NCBI GenBank assembly: GCA_039208735.1
Contig: JBCCQY010000005.1
Location: 32,001 to 96,000, forward strand
Reading direction: 5' to 3'
From: Myxococcota bacterium
GTDB lineage: Bacteria; Myxococcota_A; UBA796; GCA-2862545
Length of the DNA stretch: 64,000 bases
Below, in pieces: positions 10,008-19,244 of the stretch (its first letter is position 1; each line of letters begins with the position of its first letter). Both the position numbers and the translations under genes were made by a program. Below the pieces are notes generated by a model. It had not been told where the DNA came from. It saw only the letters and a list, made by a program, of their open reading frames with translations, and did no database searches.

Positions 10008-11174
10008 CTACTGCTGAAAGCAGTACAATCGCTTCTCTACGTTGCATCCCGCCGTATTCGCTGAGGACCAAGTCGACGCGCTACTCGTCGACCCCGCCCG
10101 GCCCTTCTGTGCGTTGCCGCCGATGGTCCAATCGAGGCAGTTTGCTGAAGGAAACGCGTTGCCCGCGTCGTTGGTGCCGGTCCAGACATTGCCAAAAGCG
10201 GTGTCCTCTTCCTGACCATGCTCATTGTGATCGATGGCCCTTGCGAGGTCACCATCCACGAGGTCGACCCAATCACTCGCGATGATGGGGTCGGTTCCGC
10301 CAAGCAACGAATACTCGCCCGCAAACTGGCGGAAACGACTGCTCGGTGCGTCGGCGGCCTCGGTCGATAGCCAGGCCCGGAATACACCGTCGAGGGGCGG
10401 GGAGGCGCTGTCGCGAGCGAGCCTGTTGCAGGCGATGTCACCGCCGCGGATGCCGCCCAGGTCTCCGTCATAGCTCATCGAGGTCACAAACACGTCCTTG
10501 ACGACGTCTTCATCGGCCATCTCGACGCAGTACAGCCGCCGCTCGTCATCACAGTCTCCGGTGTTGCCTGACGTCCAGCCGGCATCGGACCGCGTCAGGA
10601 CACCGCCCACTCCGTTCTGGAATGAGAGGTTGCTCGTCCAATCGATGCAATCCTGCCCCGAGGCTTGCCCGGTCGGCGTTGTGGCGGTCCACACGCCAAT
10701 GTCATCGGTGATGGCCTGTCCAAGTTCGTCGCGGTCGATGGCCACGGCGTGTTTGGGGGTCGTGAACTCCGAGAAATTCTCGGCGATGCGCACGCCGTCG
10801 GTCCGCTCATAGGGGGTGTCGGACCCAGGGAGGCGGTCCGTGACGTCCTGGCCGCTTACCGACAACCAAGCCCGAAACAGCCCATCGAGCCCCGCCGCTT
10901 GGGCGTGGTCGTTGCAGATCACGTCGGCTCCCACGGTCCCCTGAAGGTTGCCGTCGTAGACGGCGCTCGTGGCAAACACCCGGAGGGGGGGCCGCACGAG
11001 CCCAGTCTCACCCGTTTGGCCGGTTTGACCAGTCATGGCGGTGGCCTTCGGGGTGGGAGCGGTGTCGGTCGTCCCGGTCATGTCTGGGTTGCCGGTCTCT
11101 TGGTTCGTGTCGGTCGGGAACGGAACGGGTACGACCGGAGCACTCACACACCCGCCTAAAAGCAAAATGACCAT
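10008..11174 (-). CDS. Lipoprotein with two tandem DUF1554-like Cys-containing domains
   Basis: Lipobox LGGC; duplicated VF.TS..YDG.L.G..G.D..CN, FRAWLS, VWT.T, C.DWT, RLYC. Confidence 0.75.
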   Translation of the reverse strand: MVILLLGGCVSAPVVPVPFPTDTNQETGNPDMTGTTDTAPTPKATAMTGQTGQTGETGLVRPPLRVFATSAVYDGNLQGTVGADVICNDHAQAAGLDGLFRAWLSVSGQDVTDRLPGSDTPYERTDGVRIAENFSEFTTPKHAVAIDRDELGQAITDDIGVWTATTPTGQASGQDCIDWTSNLSFQNGVGGVLTRSDAGWTSGNTGDCDDERRLYCVEMADEDVVKDVFVTSMSYDGDLGGIRGGDIACNRLARDSASPPLDGVFRAWLSTEAADAPSSRFRQFAGEYSLLGGTDPIIASDWVDLVDGDLARAIDHNEHGQEEDTAFGNVWTGTNDAGNAFPSANCLDWTIGGNAQKGRAGSTSSASTWSSANTAGCNVEKRLYCFQQ

Positions 11175-11628
11175 ACTCCCCTCCTCCTCGGGAGCGCAGC
11201 ATAGTCAGCGATGCCCATGGTAACTTTGCACACATGCATGAACGCTTTTGGATCCATACGATTTTCTACTTGTGGTGGCCCTCCTTCGGCTCTGCAGAGA
11301 TCGCGTTGACAGGGTCAACCGGTCCATAGGCACAGCGAAATCTACGAACCGGCGCTTTGGTGCCTGGCCTCAGGCCATCCCTTCCACAAACGCCAGCGGC
11401 TGCACCTACCTCATCTTGCCCTGAACGAGAAAGACGCGTATCGGGGGCCGTCGGAGCGATCCGGCGATCTACCCTACGCGCTGGAGGTCGTTGGCGACTT
11501 GGGGGTCGTTGCCGCGAAGGATGTCGATCAAACTTGCAAGCTTGCTCATATTGCGTAAATGGTCAATACCGCAGTGGCTATTCTCCTTGATTGCGCGTTG
11601 CTGCTGGCTCACAATTGCAAGGTGGTTG

Positions 11629-13572
11629 ATGATCAGCTCAAGAGTACTTCTGGGGTGTCTGTTCTTAGCCCCAACGCTGGGATTTGCGTCGGAGCCGGAT
11701 GACCTCGATTTTCCCGAGGGTGAAGCGGATCTGGACGACTGGGTCGATGACGATGGCGTTCCCGACGGGCCACCGGGCGACGAAGAGGACGAGTCGACTT
11801 GCAGCCTGGCGTCGGGCCAGGTCGGTTTGTCGTTTGCGTCGGTGGATCCACCCTCGTTCGTTCTCCCCGCCCTTCTGCAAGGGGAGTCCTGGACCGTGGA
11901 GGGCGTCGGAACGAACTACTTCACTCGTGATGAACACCTGGTCGTTCCGCCCGGCTCCGCGACGGTTGACACGCAGTTTACCTACGTTCCAACCCAGACC
12001 ATGAAGGATGCGACGGCCATTCGTCCGCTCGTGGTCAAGCTCCGAGCTCTCCGCAAGCGTCTAGACGGGCAAATCCTAGGCGTCTACCCACTGCGGCCTC
12101 TGCTGTACAGCAAGTTCAATGGTACGCACTCCTGGAAGTTGCTGCAGCATAACCCAAATTACTACGTAGATCCTGGATTTCTAGACTTCCCGTCGTGGTA
12201 CGCCGACCTGGTCACGCCGACAAATCCTGAGCCCTTCAATACAACGGGGGGGAGCGGAAGTGTCGGGTCGACCGTCGACGTGAATGTCTGTGTCTGGATC
12301 CAGACGTCCTTTACGGATTTCGAACCGAACAATGGTTGGGACGGGTTCGGTCGCGAGGACTTCTTCTTCGATGATTCGAACAAACAAGCACGGGGCGTTT
12401 ACGTCGGTGCTACGTCGATCAACAACATCGCAAACGGCGGCTCGGATCAACACTTTGCGGGCGCATTCCTGAATTGGAAGGACAACGAGCCGCTCAGCGC
12501 GTCAGGTGGCGGCGTGATTCCTGCCGGCTGTACCGTGCTCGACCTGGTTCCAGGGGAAACCTATGAGTTCAAAGCAGGTAGCATTCTCGAAATCGACCAC
12601 ATCGAACTCAACGTTCTCGATGGGACGTTCCGGAAGGGCATCACGGTTACCGTTCTTAGAGATTTGAACGCCACGCCTGGGAGCGCGGCAGAAACTCGCT
12701 ACACGGTTCCCGCCACGTTCGGAACGTTTCAGTCCGTGATCGACAACGGACACGTCGCCTGGAACATGGCCGCTATGTTGGGCTTCGGTCTCTACCGGAA
12801 GCGAATCAACGACATGAACTTGGTCGAAGCCTACTGGGACGACTCTCCGATCGGCTGCACGACCTGCGCCAACCGACACAAGCTCTTCGTTGACGAAACC
12901 ACACTGCACGAACAACGATTCCCCATGCTCCACGAGATGGGTCATGTGGTGGCGTACTACGCCGATGATCAGCGCAAGCCTAACTTCTCGTACAAGGCGA
13001 ATGCCTCTGGTAGCTGCGACGCCAACAACTCACACCAAATCGAGCACGAGGAGTGGGCGTCGGCAGCGGCCGTCGAGGGCATGGCGCACTTCTACGCCGG
13101 AACAGTGCTCAACAAACAGGTCGAGTTTGATTGTCAGGTGGTTCAGGTCGGCATCGATTTCAACAACGATGGGGCAGTAGGGCAGCCGGTCACAGGCAAC
13201 GAGTTCTTCCTCCCTCACTCCTGCGAGGACGGTCCCTACCTCGTGTCGGGCATCGAGGATCGGCTAGACGGTACCGCCTGGGATGACGGCGACTACATGG
13301 AACAGGAGTGCGAGATGCCGGGCCCCGACGATCGGCACACGCCGTACGACTGGATGCGCTTCTTCTGGGACCTCGATACTGACCAGAGCTTCACTTTCGG
13401 GCGCATCATGAGACTTTGGAACAACGCCGACCCCCACAACTGGGACAAGAATTCGGCCAACATGAGCGATCCGGACAAGGTACGCAACCGGCTCATCCTC
13501 ACGGCAGGTCCCGCAGTGAATCGGCCAAACGAAGTGAGCATCGAAGCCGCCGCGAACGGAGTTCATCGGTGA
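11629..13572 (+). CDS. Secreted zinc metalloprotease-like protein
   Basis: Signal peptide from ATG 11629; LHEMGH (HExxH) with downstream EGMAHF (gluzincin-like third ligand). Confidence 0.65.
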   Translation: MISSRVLLGCLFLAPTLGFASEPDDLDFPEGEADLDDWVDDDGVPDGPPGDEEDESTCSLASGQVGLSFASVDPPSFVLPALLQGESWTVEGVGTNYFTRDEHLVVPPGSATVDTQFTYVPTQTMKDATAIRPLVVKLRALRKRLDGQILGVYPLRPLLYSKFNGTHSWKLLQHNPNYYVDPGFLDFPSWYADLVTPTNPEPFNTTGGSGSVGSTVDVNVCVWIQTSFTDFEPNNGWDGFGREDFFFDDSNKQARGVYVGATSINNIANGGSDQHFAGAFLNWKDNEPLSASGGGVIPAGCTVLDLVPGETYEFKAGSILEIDHIELNVLDGTFRKGITVTVLRDLNATPGSAAETRYTVPATFGTFQSVIDNGHVAWNMAAMLGFGLYRKRINDMNLVEAYWDDSPIGCTTCANRHKLFVDETTLHEQRFPMLHEMGHVVAYYADDQRKPNFSYKANASGSCDANNSHQIEHEEWASAAAVEGMAHFYAGTVLNKQVEFDCQVVQVGIDFNNDGAVGQPVTGNEFFLPHSCEDGPYLVSGIEDRLDGTAWDDGDYMEQECEMPGPDDRHTPYDWMRFFWDLDTDQSFTFGRIMRLWNNADPHNWDKNSANMSDPDKVRNRLILTAGPAVNRPNEVSIEAAANGVHR

Positions 13573-14990
13573 AACACTCGAAAGCTCTGGTGGGGGTCGT
13601 TGGTTTCGCGATCTTCGGATGTTCACAACCCGACATGGCCCGCAACGGGACCCGTCTGCCGGTCGTCGAGCCTGACGAGCACGCCAGGGGGTTCGTCTAC
13701 GGCGACATCGAAGGACACACACTTGGAAGTACCGTTGCGTGTGGACCCGACGTGGATGGGAACGGGCTTGGTGATGTTTCCTTCACGGCCGACAACTTTG
13801 ACTACCAGATTCGGCTCGCCGACACGAGTCGGGCGATCTACCGTGCGAATGGACCCCTAGTCGATCGTGTCCGCCACGACGAAATCGATGGCTGGCATAT
13901 CCGCGAGGGGGCCCTCCTCACACCCAGCTTTGGCCATGGGCACGTGCTCCTCGAGGCTCCACACCCAGCAGGACTCCTCTTCGTGGGCACGACCAACGAC
14001 CTTGATCGAGAGCCTGAACAAGATGGCACGCAGATGGCCCGCTTCGCGAGGACGAACGAGGCCGAGGTGGCCGATGTCCGTGATGCCTACATCAACTTCG
14101 CGGGGACAAGTGCACTGAATGCCCAGCTTCTTCCTGACCTCAATGGAGACGGCCTTCCGGAGGTGGCGCTTGGCCATAATCGCTTCGGCGTGCTGATCCT
14201 GACTGCGCCGCCGAATGGCGAGGTGGATGTCGAGGAAGCTGCGTGGGCAACACTCGGCATCCCGGAGGAGAACTCGACCGCAATCGTTGGCAGTAGCTTG
14301 TTGCCCGGTGATTTCGACGGCGACGGGTCCACCGACCTCTCGGTTCAGGTGATCGGGGCGGACCATCCGTTTCCGGGTGAGGTGGTGGTCGTCTTCGGGC
14401 CTTTGGAGCCGGGCTCCTACGCGCTCGGCACGGGCAGCCGTGAGCTCGCCATCGACGGGCTTCGCGAGGCCGGTTTGACGCGGTTGGGTCAAGCGTCAGG
14501 GGACTTGAATGGCGATGGAATCGACGATCTGATTTTGGCGACCCATACTGGACCGGATGGGGGTTGGGTTCGGGTCTACTTCGGCCCTCTCATGCCAGGC
14601 ATTCTCAGTGCAGACTCGGCGGATGTGGTTCTTGCACCTGAACAACCCGGAGCTTGGTTCGGCACGTCCGTCGTCGTCGGGGACTTCGATGGATCAGGCG
14701 ACCCTGCTCTTGCGATTGGTGCGAGCATGAACGGCTTTTATGACGAGGATGCCCCTCCCGGACTGGTGTACGTGATGCGGGCCCCGTTCCTGGCCGGAGC
14801 TCGGGTTCCAGACGATGTTCAGACCGTGCTCCAAGGGAAGCACCCCCGGGACAACTTTGGGTGGTCGCTTGCGGCTTGCGATACCGATCGAGACGGTCGC
14901 GATGAGCTCGTGATTGGAGCGACGGATCACACGGAGCGGCGACGAGCGCAGCGAGGTGGCGCGGTCTATCATTCGGTCGTCCCACCGTGA
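13569..14990 (+). CDS. FG-GAP (integrin alpha-like) repeat lipoprotein
   Basis: GTG start overlapping upstream TGA (GTGA); lipobox IFGC; repeated D(L/F)(N/D)GDG..DL motifs and FG.S. Confidence 0.85.
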   Translation: MKHSKALVGVVGFAIFGCSQPDMARNGTRLPVVEPDEHARGFVYGDIEGHTLGSTVACGPDVDGNGLGDVSFTADNFDYQIRLADTSRAIYRANGPLVDRVRHDEIDGWHIREGALLTPSFGHGHVLLEAPHPAGLLFVGTTNDLDREPEQDGTQMARFARTNEAEVADVRDAYINFAGTSALNAQLLPDLNGDGLPEVALGHNRFGVLILTAPPNGEVDVEEAAWATLGIPEENSTAIVGSSLLPGDFDGDGSTDLSVQVIGADHPFPGEVVVVFGPLEPGSYALGTGSRELAIDGLREAGLTRLGQASGDLNGDGIDDLILATHTGPDGGWVRVYFGPLMPGILSADSADVVLAPEQPGAWFGTSVVVGDFDGSGDPALAIGASMNGFYDEDAPPGLVYVMRAPFLAGARVPDDVQTVLQGKHPRDNFGWSLAACDTDRDGRDELVIGATDHTERRRAQRGGAVYHSVVPP

Positions 14991-15219
14991 ATTCCCGACG
15001 AAGCCAGTGGGTAGCGGAAGACCGATGACGTGCGTCCGCCCCGCGTCAGGGTTCGATACTCGATCATGGCCCGCGCTGGACGTCGGACCAACGGATGCAG
15101 GATGCGCTCGCCGAGCCTCCAGCTCTGCCGCCGCCGGCGTCGGCAAGTCCGAGAGGTTGCGGCAACGCGATGCCGCACCCTGGACCCAGGCCTGTCCGAA
15201 CGAAGCCCAACGCATCCCC

Positions 15220-15633
15220 CTATGCACGGTGTGGACGACATGGGTGCGAAACACGGGCCCCGACGATCTGTGGGTCGAGGCCTTCGTGTTGCGGGCCGAC
15301 GGCACCACCCGAACCTTGCAGGGCGATGCGGGGCGCCACCGACTGGCCGGTGGGGGCAACGGAGGGGGGGCTCGTGGTGGGCTGCCGAGGCGACTTCACT
15401 CCCGAGGCCACCGCAATGACCGAGCACTTCGTCAGCTGCCTGCAGGGGCCCTACCGGACCGGCGATGTGCTGGTGTGGCAGGGGGTTGGCCCACCAACGA
15501 CGCATGGGTCGGGCACACGGTGATGGTGGTCGACCCCGACCGTTACCTCGGCTGGGGCAGTCACGGATGGGCCACCTCCGACAACCCCGATGCCCGTGCC
15601 CACGGCGGCGGGGCTCTCCTCCTGCGACCCTGA
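15220..15633 (+). pseudogene. Possible frameshifted remnant of an NlpC/P60- or CHAP-like gene
   Basis: Protein-like segments split across frames: YRTGDVLVWQG in one frame and GHTVMVVDPDRYLGWGSHGW in another; no good start. Confidence 0.3.
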
Positions 15634-15740
15634 CACATGTGCTGAGTAGCAGACGAACGGTCAATACAGTGGCCGCTTAGATTGCGCGCAAGCCGCTAAC
15701 CGGCCGCTGGGCTGAGCGACTCATGGGGGCGGACCGGGTT

Positions 15741-15763
15741 GCCGCCCACAAAGCGTGGGCGGC
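15741..15763 (-). terminator. Hairpin just downstream of the ATP-grasp gene
   Basis: GCCGCCCAC-aaagc-GTGGGCGGC 9-bp perfect stem 10 nt after the stop; no U-tract. Confidence 0.4.
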
Positions 15764-15773
15764 CGGTTCGTAA

Positions 15774-16715
15774 CTACGCCGCGAGGTCGACGGACCGAAG
15801 CTCGCGTTCAATCAGCGCAGCCAGGGCGCCCATCCCCGACAGCCCGTGCTGGGCTTCGACATCGCCGTTGTAGTTGGTCGTGCCGTTGATGTCGTAGGTG
15901 TAGCGGACCCGGTTGGCGTCTTCGACGAACTCGATGCCCGCCAGGTCCAAGCCGTTGTTTCGCATGAGTTCGATGTACGACTGCACGAGCGGATCGTCGG
16001 CCGTGATTTCGCTACGAAGGCTGAATTTGCCCGTGTCTCCGACGGGGCAGAACTCATCGTCGATGGCGCAGGCGTCGGCCGGGCAAAGCTCGAAGCCGTC
16101 TTCCGTGCTCGACCGCAGCGCGTACTGGAACACGCCATCAACGATCTCGATGCGGGTGATGAAGGCCTCAGCGGGCGTGACGTACTGCTGGAGGAGCGTG
16201 ACGCCATCGGGGCCTTCGATGAAGTCTGGGCCGTCGACATAGGCATCGAACGCCGCGAGGTCCCGGAAGAGCTTTACGCCAAGGCCCTTTCCGCCCTGGT
16301 TGTCCTTTGTGATGAAGGGCAGGGGGAAGTTGCGGGCCGCCGCCTTGAGGGGTTCGGGACCGCCTACGACGGCTACGGTGCGCGGTGAACGAATGCCCGC
16401 GCGGCGAAGGGCCAGGTCCTGGGCGACTTTGCTCACCTCGAGCGCGAACGCCTGGCTTCCATTGATCACCCGACGGCCGTGGTGCTCCAGGTACGTCAGG
16501 TACTGCTGCAGGAAGCGAACGCCTCCCTGGTGGCCACGGGTATGGGCCGAGGGACTCATGCGATTGAGGAAGATGCCTTCTGGCGGTGGGACCGACAGGT
16601 CGATGTGGCCGCCCGTCACGCGGTGCTCTTCCCAAGTCACACCGCGCGCGGAAAGGGCGGTGCGAAGCGGAGGCATCCAATCTTCATTTTCGAACAGCAC
16701 ATGGAGAACAGACAT
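15774..16715 (-). CDS. ATP-grasp ligase (RimK/glutathione synthetase-like)
   Basis: NRMSPS, V(I)NG..A..LE.SK, TK.NQGGKGLGVKLF, LLQQY, GIEFVED, YDINGTTNYN; GGGAG SD. Confidence 0.88.
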   Translation of the reverse strand: MSVLHVLFENEDWMPPLRTALSARGVTWEEHRVTGGHIDLSVPPPEGIFLNRMSPSAHTRGHQGGVRFLQQYLTYLEHHGRRVINGSQAFALEVSKVAQDLALRRAGIRSPRTVAVVGGPEPLKAAARNFPLPFITKDNQGGKGLGVKLFRDLAAFDAYVDGPDFIEGPDGVTLLQQYVTPAEAFITRIEIVDGVFQYALRSSTEDGFELCPADACAIDDEFCPVGDTGKFSLRSEITADDPLVQSYIELMRNNGLDLAGIEFVEDANRVRYTYDINGTTNYNGDVEAQHGLSGMGALAALIERELRSVDLAA

Positions 16716-16824
16716 CGGCGACTCCCGCAGGGGCCTGCCGAAGGTTCTCTACTCCCGTCAGCAGGCTACACCTGCCGTGACGAGTTGAGGCTTGGTTCGT
16801 TTCGCTAGCCCACGCCGTCACGGC
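16716..16824 (-). promoter_or_regulatory. Putative attenuator leader RNA with alternative base-pairing controlling the ligase RBS
   Basis: Complementary segments 16816-16824/16771-16782/16756-16766/16733-16743/16722-16730, the last containing the GGGAG SD. Confidence 0.7.
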
Positions 16825-16879
16825 CGCTGGAACAACAGCAGCAACAACAACAAGTGGCGGTGGCGACGAAGCGATTCAT
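16805..16879 (-). CDS. Polycysteine leader peptide MNRFVATATCCCCCCCSSGRDGVG
   Basis: ATG..TAG 24-aa ORF with TGT TGT TGT TGC TGC TGT TGT, 89 nt upstream of the co-oriented ligase. Confidence 0.75.
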   Translation of the reverse strand: MNRFVATATCCCCCCCSSGRDGVG

Positions 16880-16955
16880 GTGAGTGGCGACGTCGTATCG
16901 ACGGCGACTGGAAATGGCAACCGACCCGACGCGGACGTCGCTACTCAGCACGTCA

Positions 16956-17834
16956 TCAGCCCTCGGAGTCGGTCTCGAGCCAGGCCATACCCGTCGGATT
17001 GGTATCTGTGGCGTTGTTTTCCATCGACTGCAGCACGCCGCCGCCGACGTCTTCGATGGTCATGTCGATGAGGGGCTTCAGCACGAAGGGGGCCGTGCTG
17101 TCGTCGGGCACGGGTTCCACCGAGATGACGGCTGTGAGGCCCACGAGATCAAGTTCGGGCTCCACGAAGTCCTGACCGGGGAACGGAGGCGTGTCGTCCG
17201 GTCCCGCCGCGGGGCCACCGGCATCCGAGTCCGCCCCTTCGCCCGAGGCGAAGGTACCCGTCGAGATCGGACCGTCGCTCGTGACAACCCAGCCTTCGTA
17301 GACCCAGCCTTCGGGAAGGGTCGGCAGGTCGGCCGAGGCCGCGGGGCCAGCCGGGTCGAGGAACCAGATGCCGAGCGAGAAGTCGTCCATGATCATACTG
17401 GTCGACGGCGTTTCGAGGATGAAGTCAGCCGTCGCGTCGGTCAGATCGGTGCCCAACGCGGCGGGATGCGCGATCGACAGCGATGCGGTGTCGTCCTCAC
17501 CGAAGTCTCCGCCCAGCAGCTTGACCGCGGAGGGCGCGGGATCGTCGCCCTGTTCGGGCTCGATCGACAACACGTACGCTTCGAGGCCGGCCACCTGGTC
17601 GGCGGTCAGGTCGAACGCATCGAGGCTGGCCGTTCCGTCGGAGCCCACCGAGAAGCGGCCCGTCGAGACCGGGGATCCATCAACGATGGCCCAGGCTTCG
17701 TAGACGAATCCAGTTCCTAGCGGCTCGAGGCCTTCGAGCTGCCAGCGCAGCGTCGCGCCGTCATTGGTCTCGGTCGCGGGGTCGCCACAGGCCGCAAGCG
17801 CCAACAACCCAAGCATCGAAAAGCGCGTCATCAT
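16956..17834 (-). CDS. Lipoprotein with duplicated YE(A/G)W...G.P.STG.F motif (family often labelled anti-sigma factor-like)
   Basis: AGGAGG SD, lipobox LAAC; internal repeat. Confidence 0.7.
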   Translation of the reverse strand: MMTRFSMLGLLALAACGDPATETNDGATLRWQLEGLEPLGTGFVYEAWAIVDGSPVSTGRFSVGSDGTASLDAFDLTADQVAGLEAYVLSIEPEQGDDPAPSAVKLLGGDFGEDDTASLSIAHPAALGTDLTDATADFILETPSTSMIMDDFSLGIWFLDPAGPAASADLPTLPEGWVYEGWVVTSDGPISTGTFASGEGADSDAGGPAAGPDDTPPFPGQDFVEPELDLVGLTAVISVEPVPDDSTAPFVLKPLIDMTIEDVGGGVLQSMENNATDTNPTGMAWLETDSEG

Positions 17835-17938
17835 CGTACCTCCTGGCTCTTCAATCGCTTTGGTCGGCTCTGAAGTCCAACGAGATAATCTGACCCTACT
17901 GTTTAGAAATTTTAAATGGTTTGAGAAAGGGTTGGACG

Positions 17939-18832
17939 ATGGAACATCTTCGGCGAGTGAGCCAGCTGTGGAATTGGCTACCGGCGTTTCGAGCTGTGGC
18001 CGAAACCGAGCATCTGCCTACAGCATCGAAGGGACTGCATGTCACGCCGGCCGCCTTGTCACGCACCGTGCGACTGCTCGAGGATGACTTGGGGCATCCG
18101 CTGTTCACGCGCCGAGGCCGACGCCTGCTTCTCAATGACGACGGGCGGATCTTCGTGAGCGCGGTGCGGTCGGCGATGCGGCTTGTGCACGACGCCATGG
18201 AGCAGCTTGGGCGATCGACCTTGGCCGGACCGGTACGGGTCGCGGCAGGTGGCGTGTCGCAGGTGTTTGCCCGACGGGCGCTTGGGGAGGTCCGACGCCG
18301 CCATCCGGCGCTGGTCCCCCACATGCTCACCCCACGGCCGAGCACCACCTCGGGCGATCTACGTCAGGGAAACCTCGATCTCGTTGTGTCCAGCTTCATC
18401 GTGCGTGACGACGGGATCGAGACGGAACTGCTGGGGCACGACACGAACGGGGTGTACTGCGGGATCGGCCATCCCCTTCACGGAACAGACGCTTCGCTCG
18501 ACACCATCCTTGAGCATCCGTTTGCGGCTCCGCCGGCCGATGCGGCAGGGGTCACGCCCGAAGGGTGGCCACCGGAGGTTCCCCGCATCGTGGGCATGGT
18601 CCTCGACCGCATTTCCGCCGGAGTGGAGGTGTGCGCGATGGGGGATCTGCTCGCGGTCCTGCCCGATGCCCTGGCCAGGACAGACCCGCGATTGCAACGA
18701 TTGAACGTCGAGCTGATTCCTCCGACGCCCATCGTTGCGATGTACCGGCCTCACCTGGGGACCAAGGGGCCGGTTGCGGTGGTGCTCGAGTTGCTGCGGT
18801 CCGAGCTTAACGGTTCGACGAACCTGGCGTGA
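17939..18832 (+). CDS. LysR-family transcriptional regulator
   Basis: HTH (FRAVAE..HL..AS..LHVTPAALSRTVRLLE) divergent from the lipoprotein across an AT-rich spacer. Confidence 0.88.
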   Translation: MEHLRRVSQLWNWLPAFRAVAETEHLPTASKGLHVTPAALSRTVRLLEDDLGHPLFTRRGRRLLLNDDGRIFVSAVRSAMRLVHDAMEQLGRSTLAGPVRVAAGGVSQVFARRALGEVRRRHPALVPHMLTPRPSTTSGDLRQGNLDLVVSSFIVRDDGIETELLGHDTNGVYCGIGHPLHGTDASLDTILEHPFAAPPADAAGVTPEGWPPEVPRIVGMVLDRISAGVEVCAMGDLLAVLPDALARTDPRLQRLNVELIPPTPIVAMYRPHLGTKGPVAVVLELLRSELNGSTNLA

Positions 18833-19217
18833 CCATGGGCAGCCGTTGCCAGTTCGGGGCTGCATCGGGTAGCCGACCGTAGCCTTCTTCCGGCGTCATG
18901 GCAGGGAACATCACCACGTCGACGACCCGGTCGTCGGGGTCGATGAGCGTGAGTTCACCGCCGTCGTCGGAAAGCGCAAGGTCCGACAGCACGGCGAACG
19001 CGCCGGCGTCGAGGGCGGTGTCTTCGAACGACATCGGTTCACCGTCGACTTCGACCGTCCAGCCCGCCAGACTCATCGGCTTGTCGGTGACGTTCATGAC
19101 TTCGACCCAGTCGGCGTCGGACTGAGCGGATGCGATTTCGTTGATGCCGACCTGATCGATGGCATCGTCGGTCGTACAGGCCGCCAGCGCGGCGAGCCAG
19201 ACCAGGCGTGAGTTCAT
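18807..19217 (-). CDS. Lamin-tail-domain lipoprotein
   Basis: Lipobox LAAC; INEI, DWVE..N, L.GW, TPG..N. Confidence 0.75.
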   Translation of the reverse strand: MNSRLVWLAALAACTTDDAIDQVGINEIASAQSDADWVEVMNVTDKPMSLAGWTVEVDGEPMSFEDTALDAGAFAVLSDLALSDDGGELTLIDPDDRVVDVVMFPAMTPEEGYGRLPDAAPNWQRLPMVTPGSSNR

Positions 19218-19244
19218 CGGGCCTCCCGTGCGAATCTACCCCGC

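Noticed and set aside
16792..17175. Plus-strand ORF reading NNSSNNNK over the (A/G)CA repeat, or a simple microsatellite
   Set aside because: It is antisense to the lipoprotein gene and not protein-like; the minus-strand Cys7 reading, with synonymous variation and linked RNA stems, explains the repeat better
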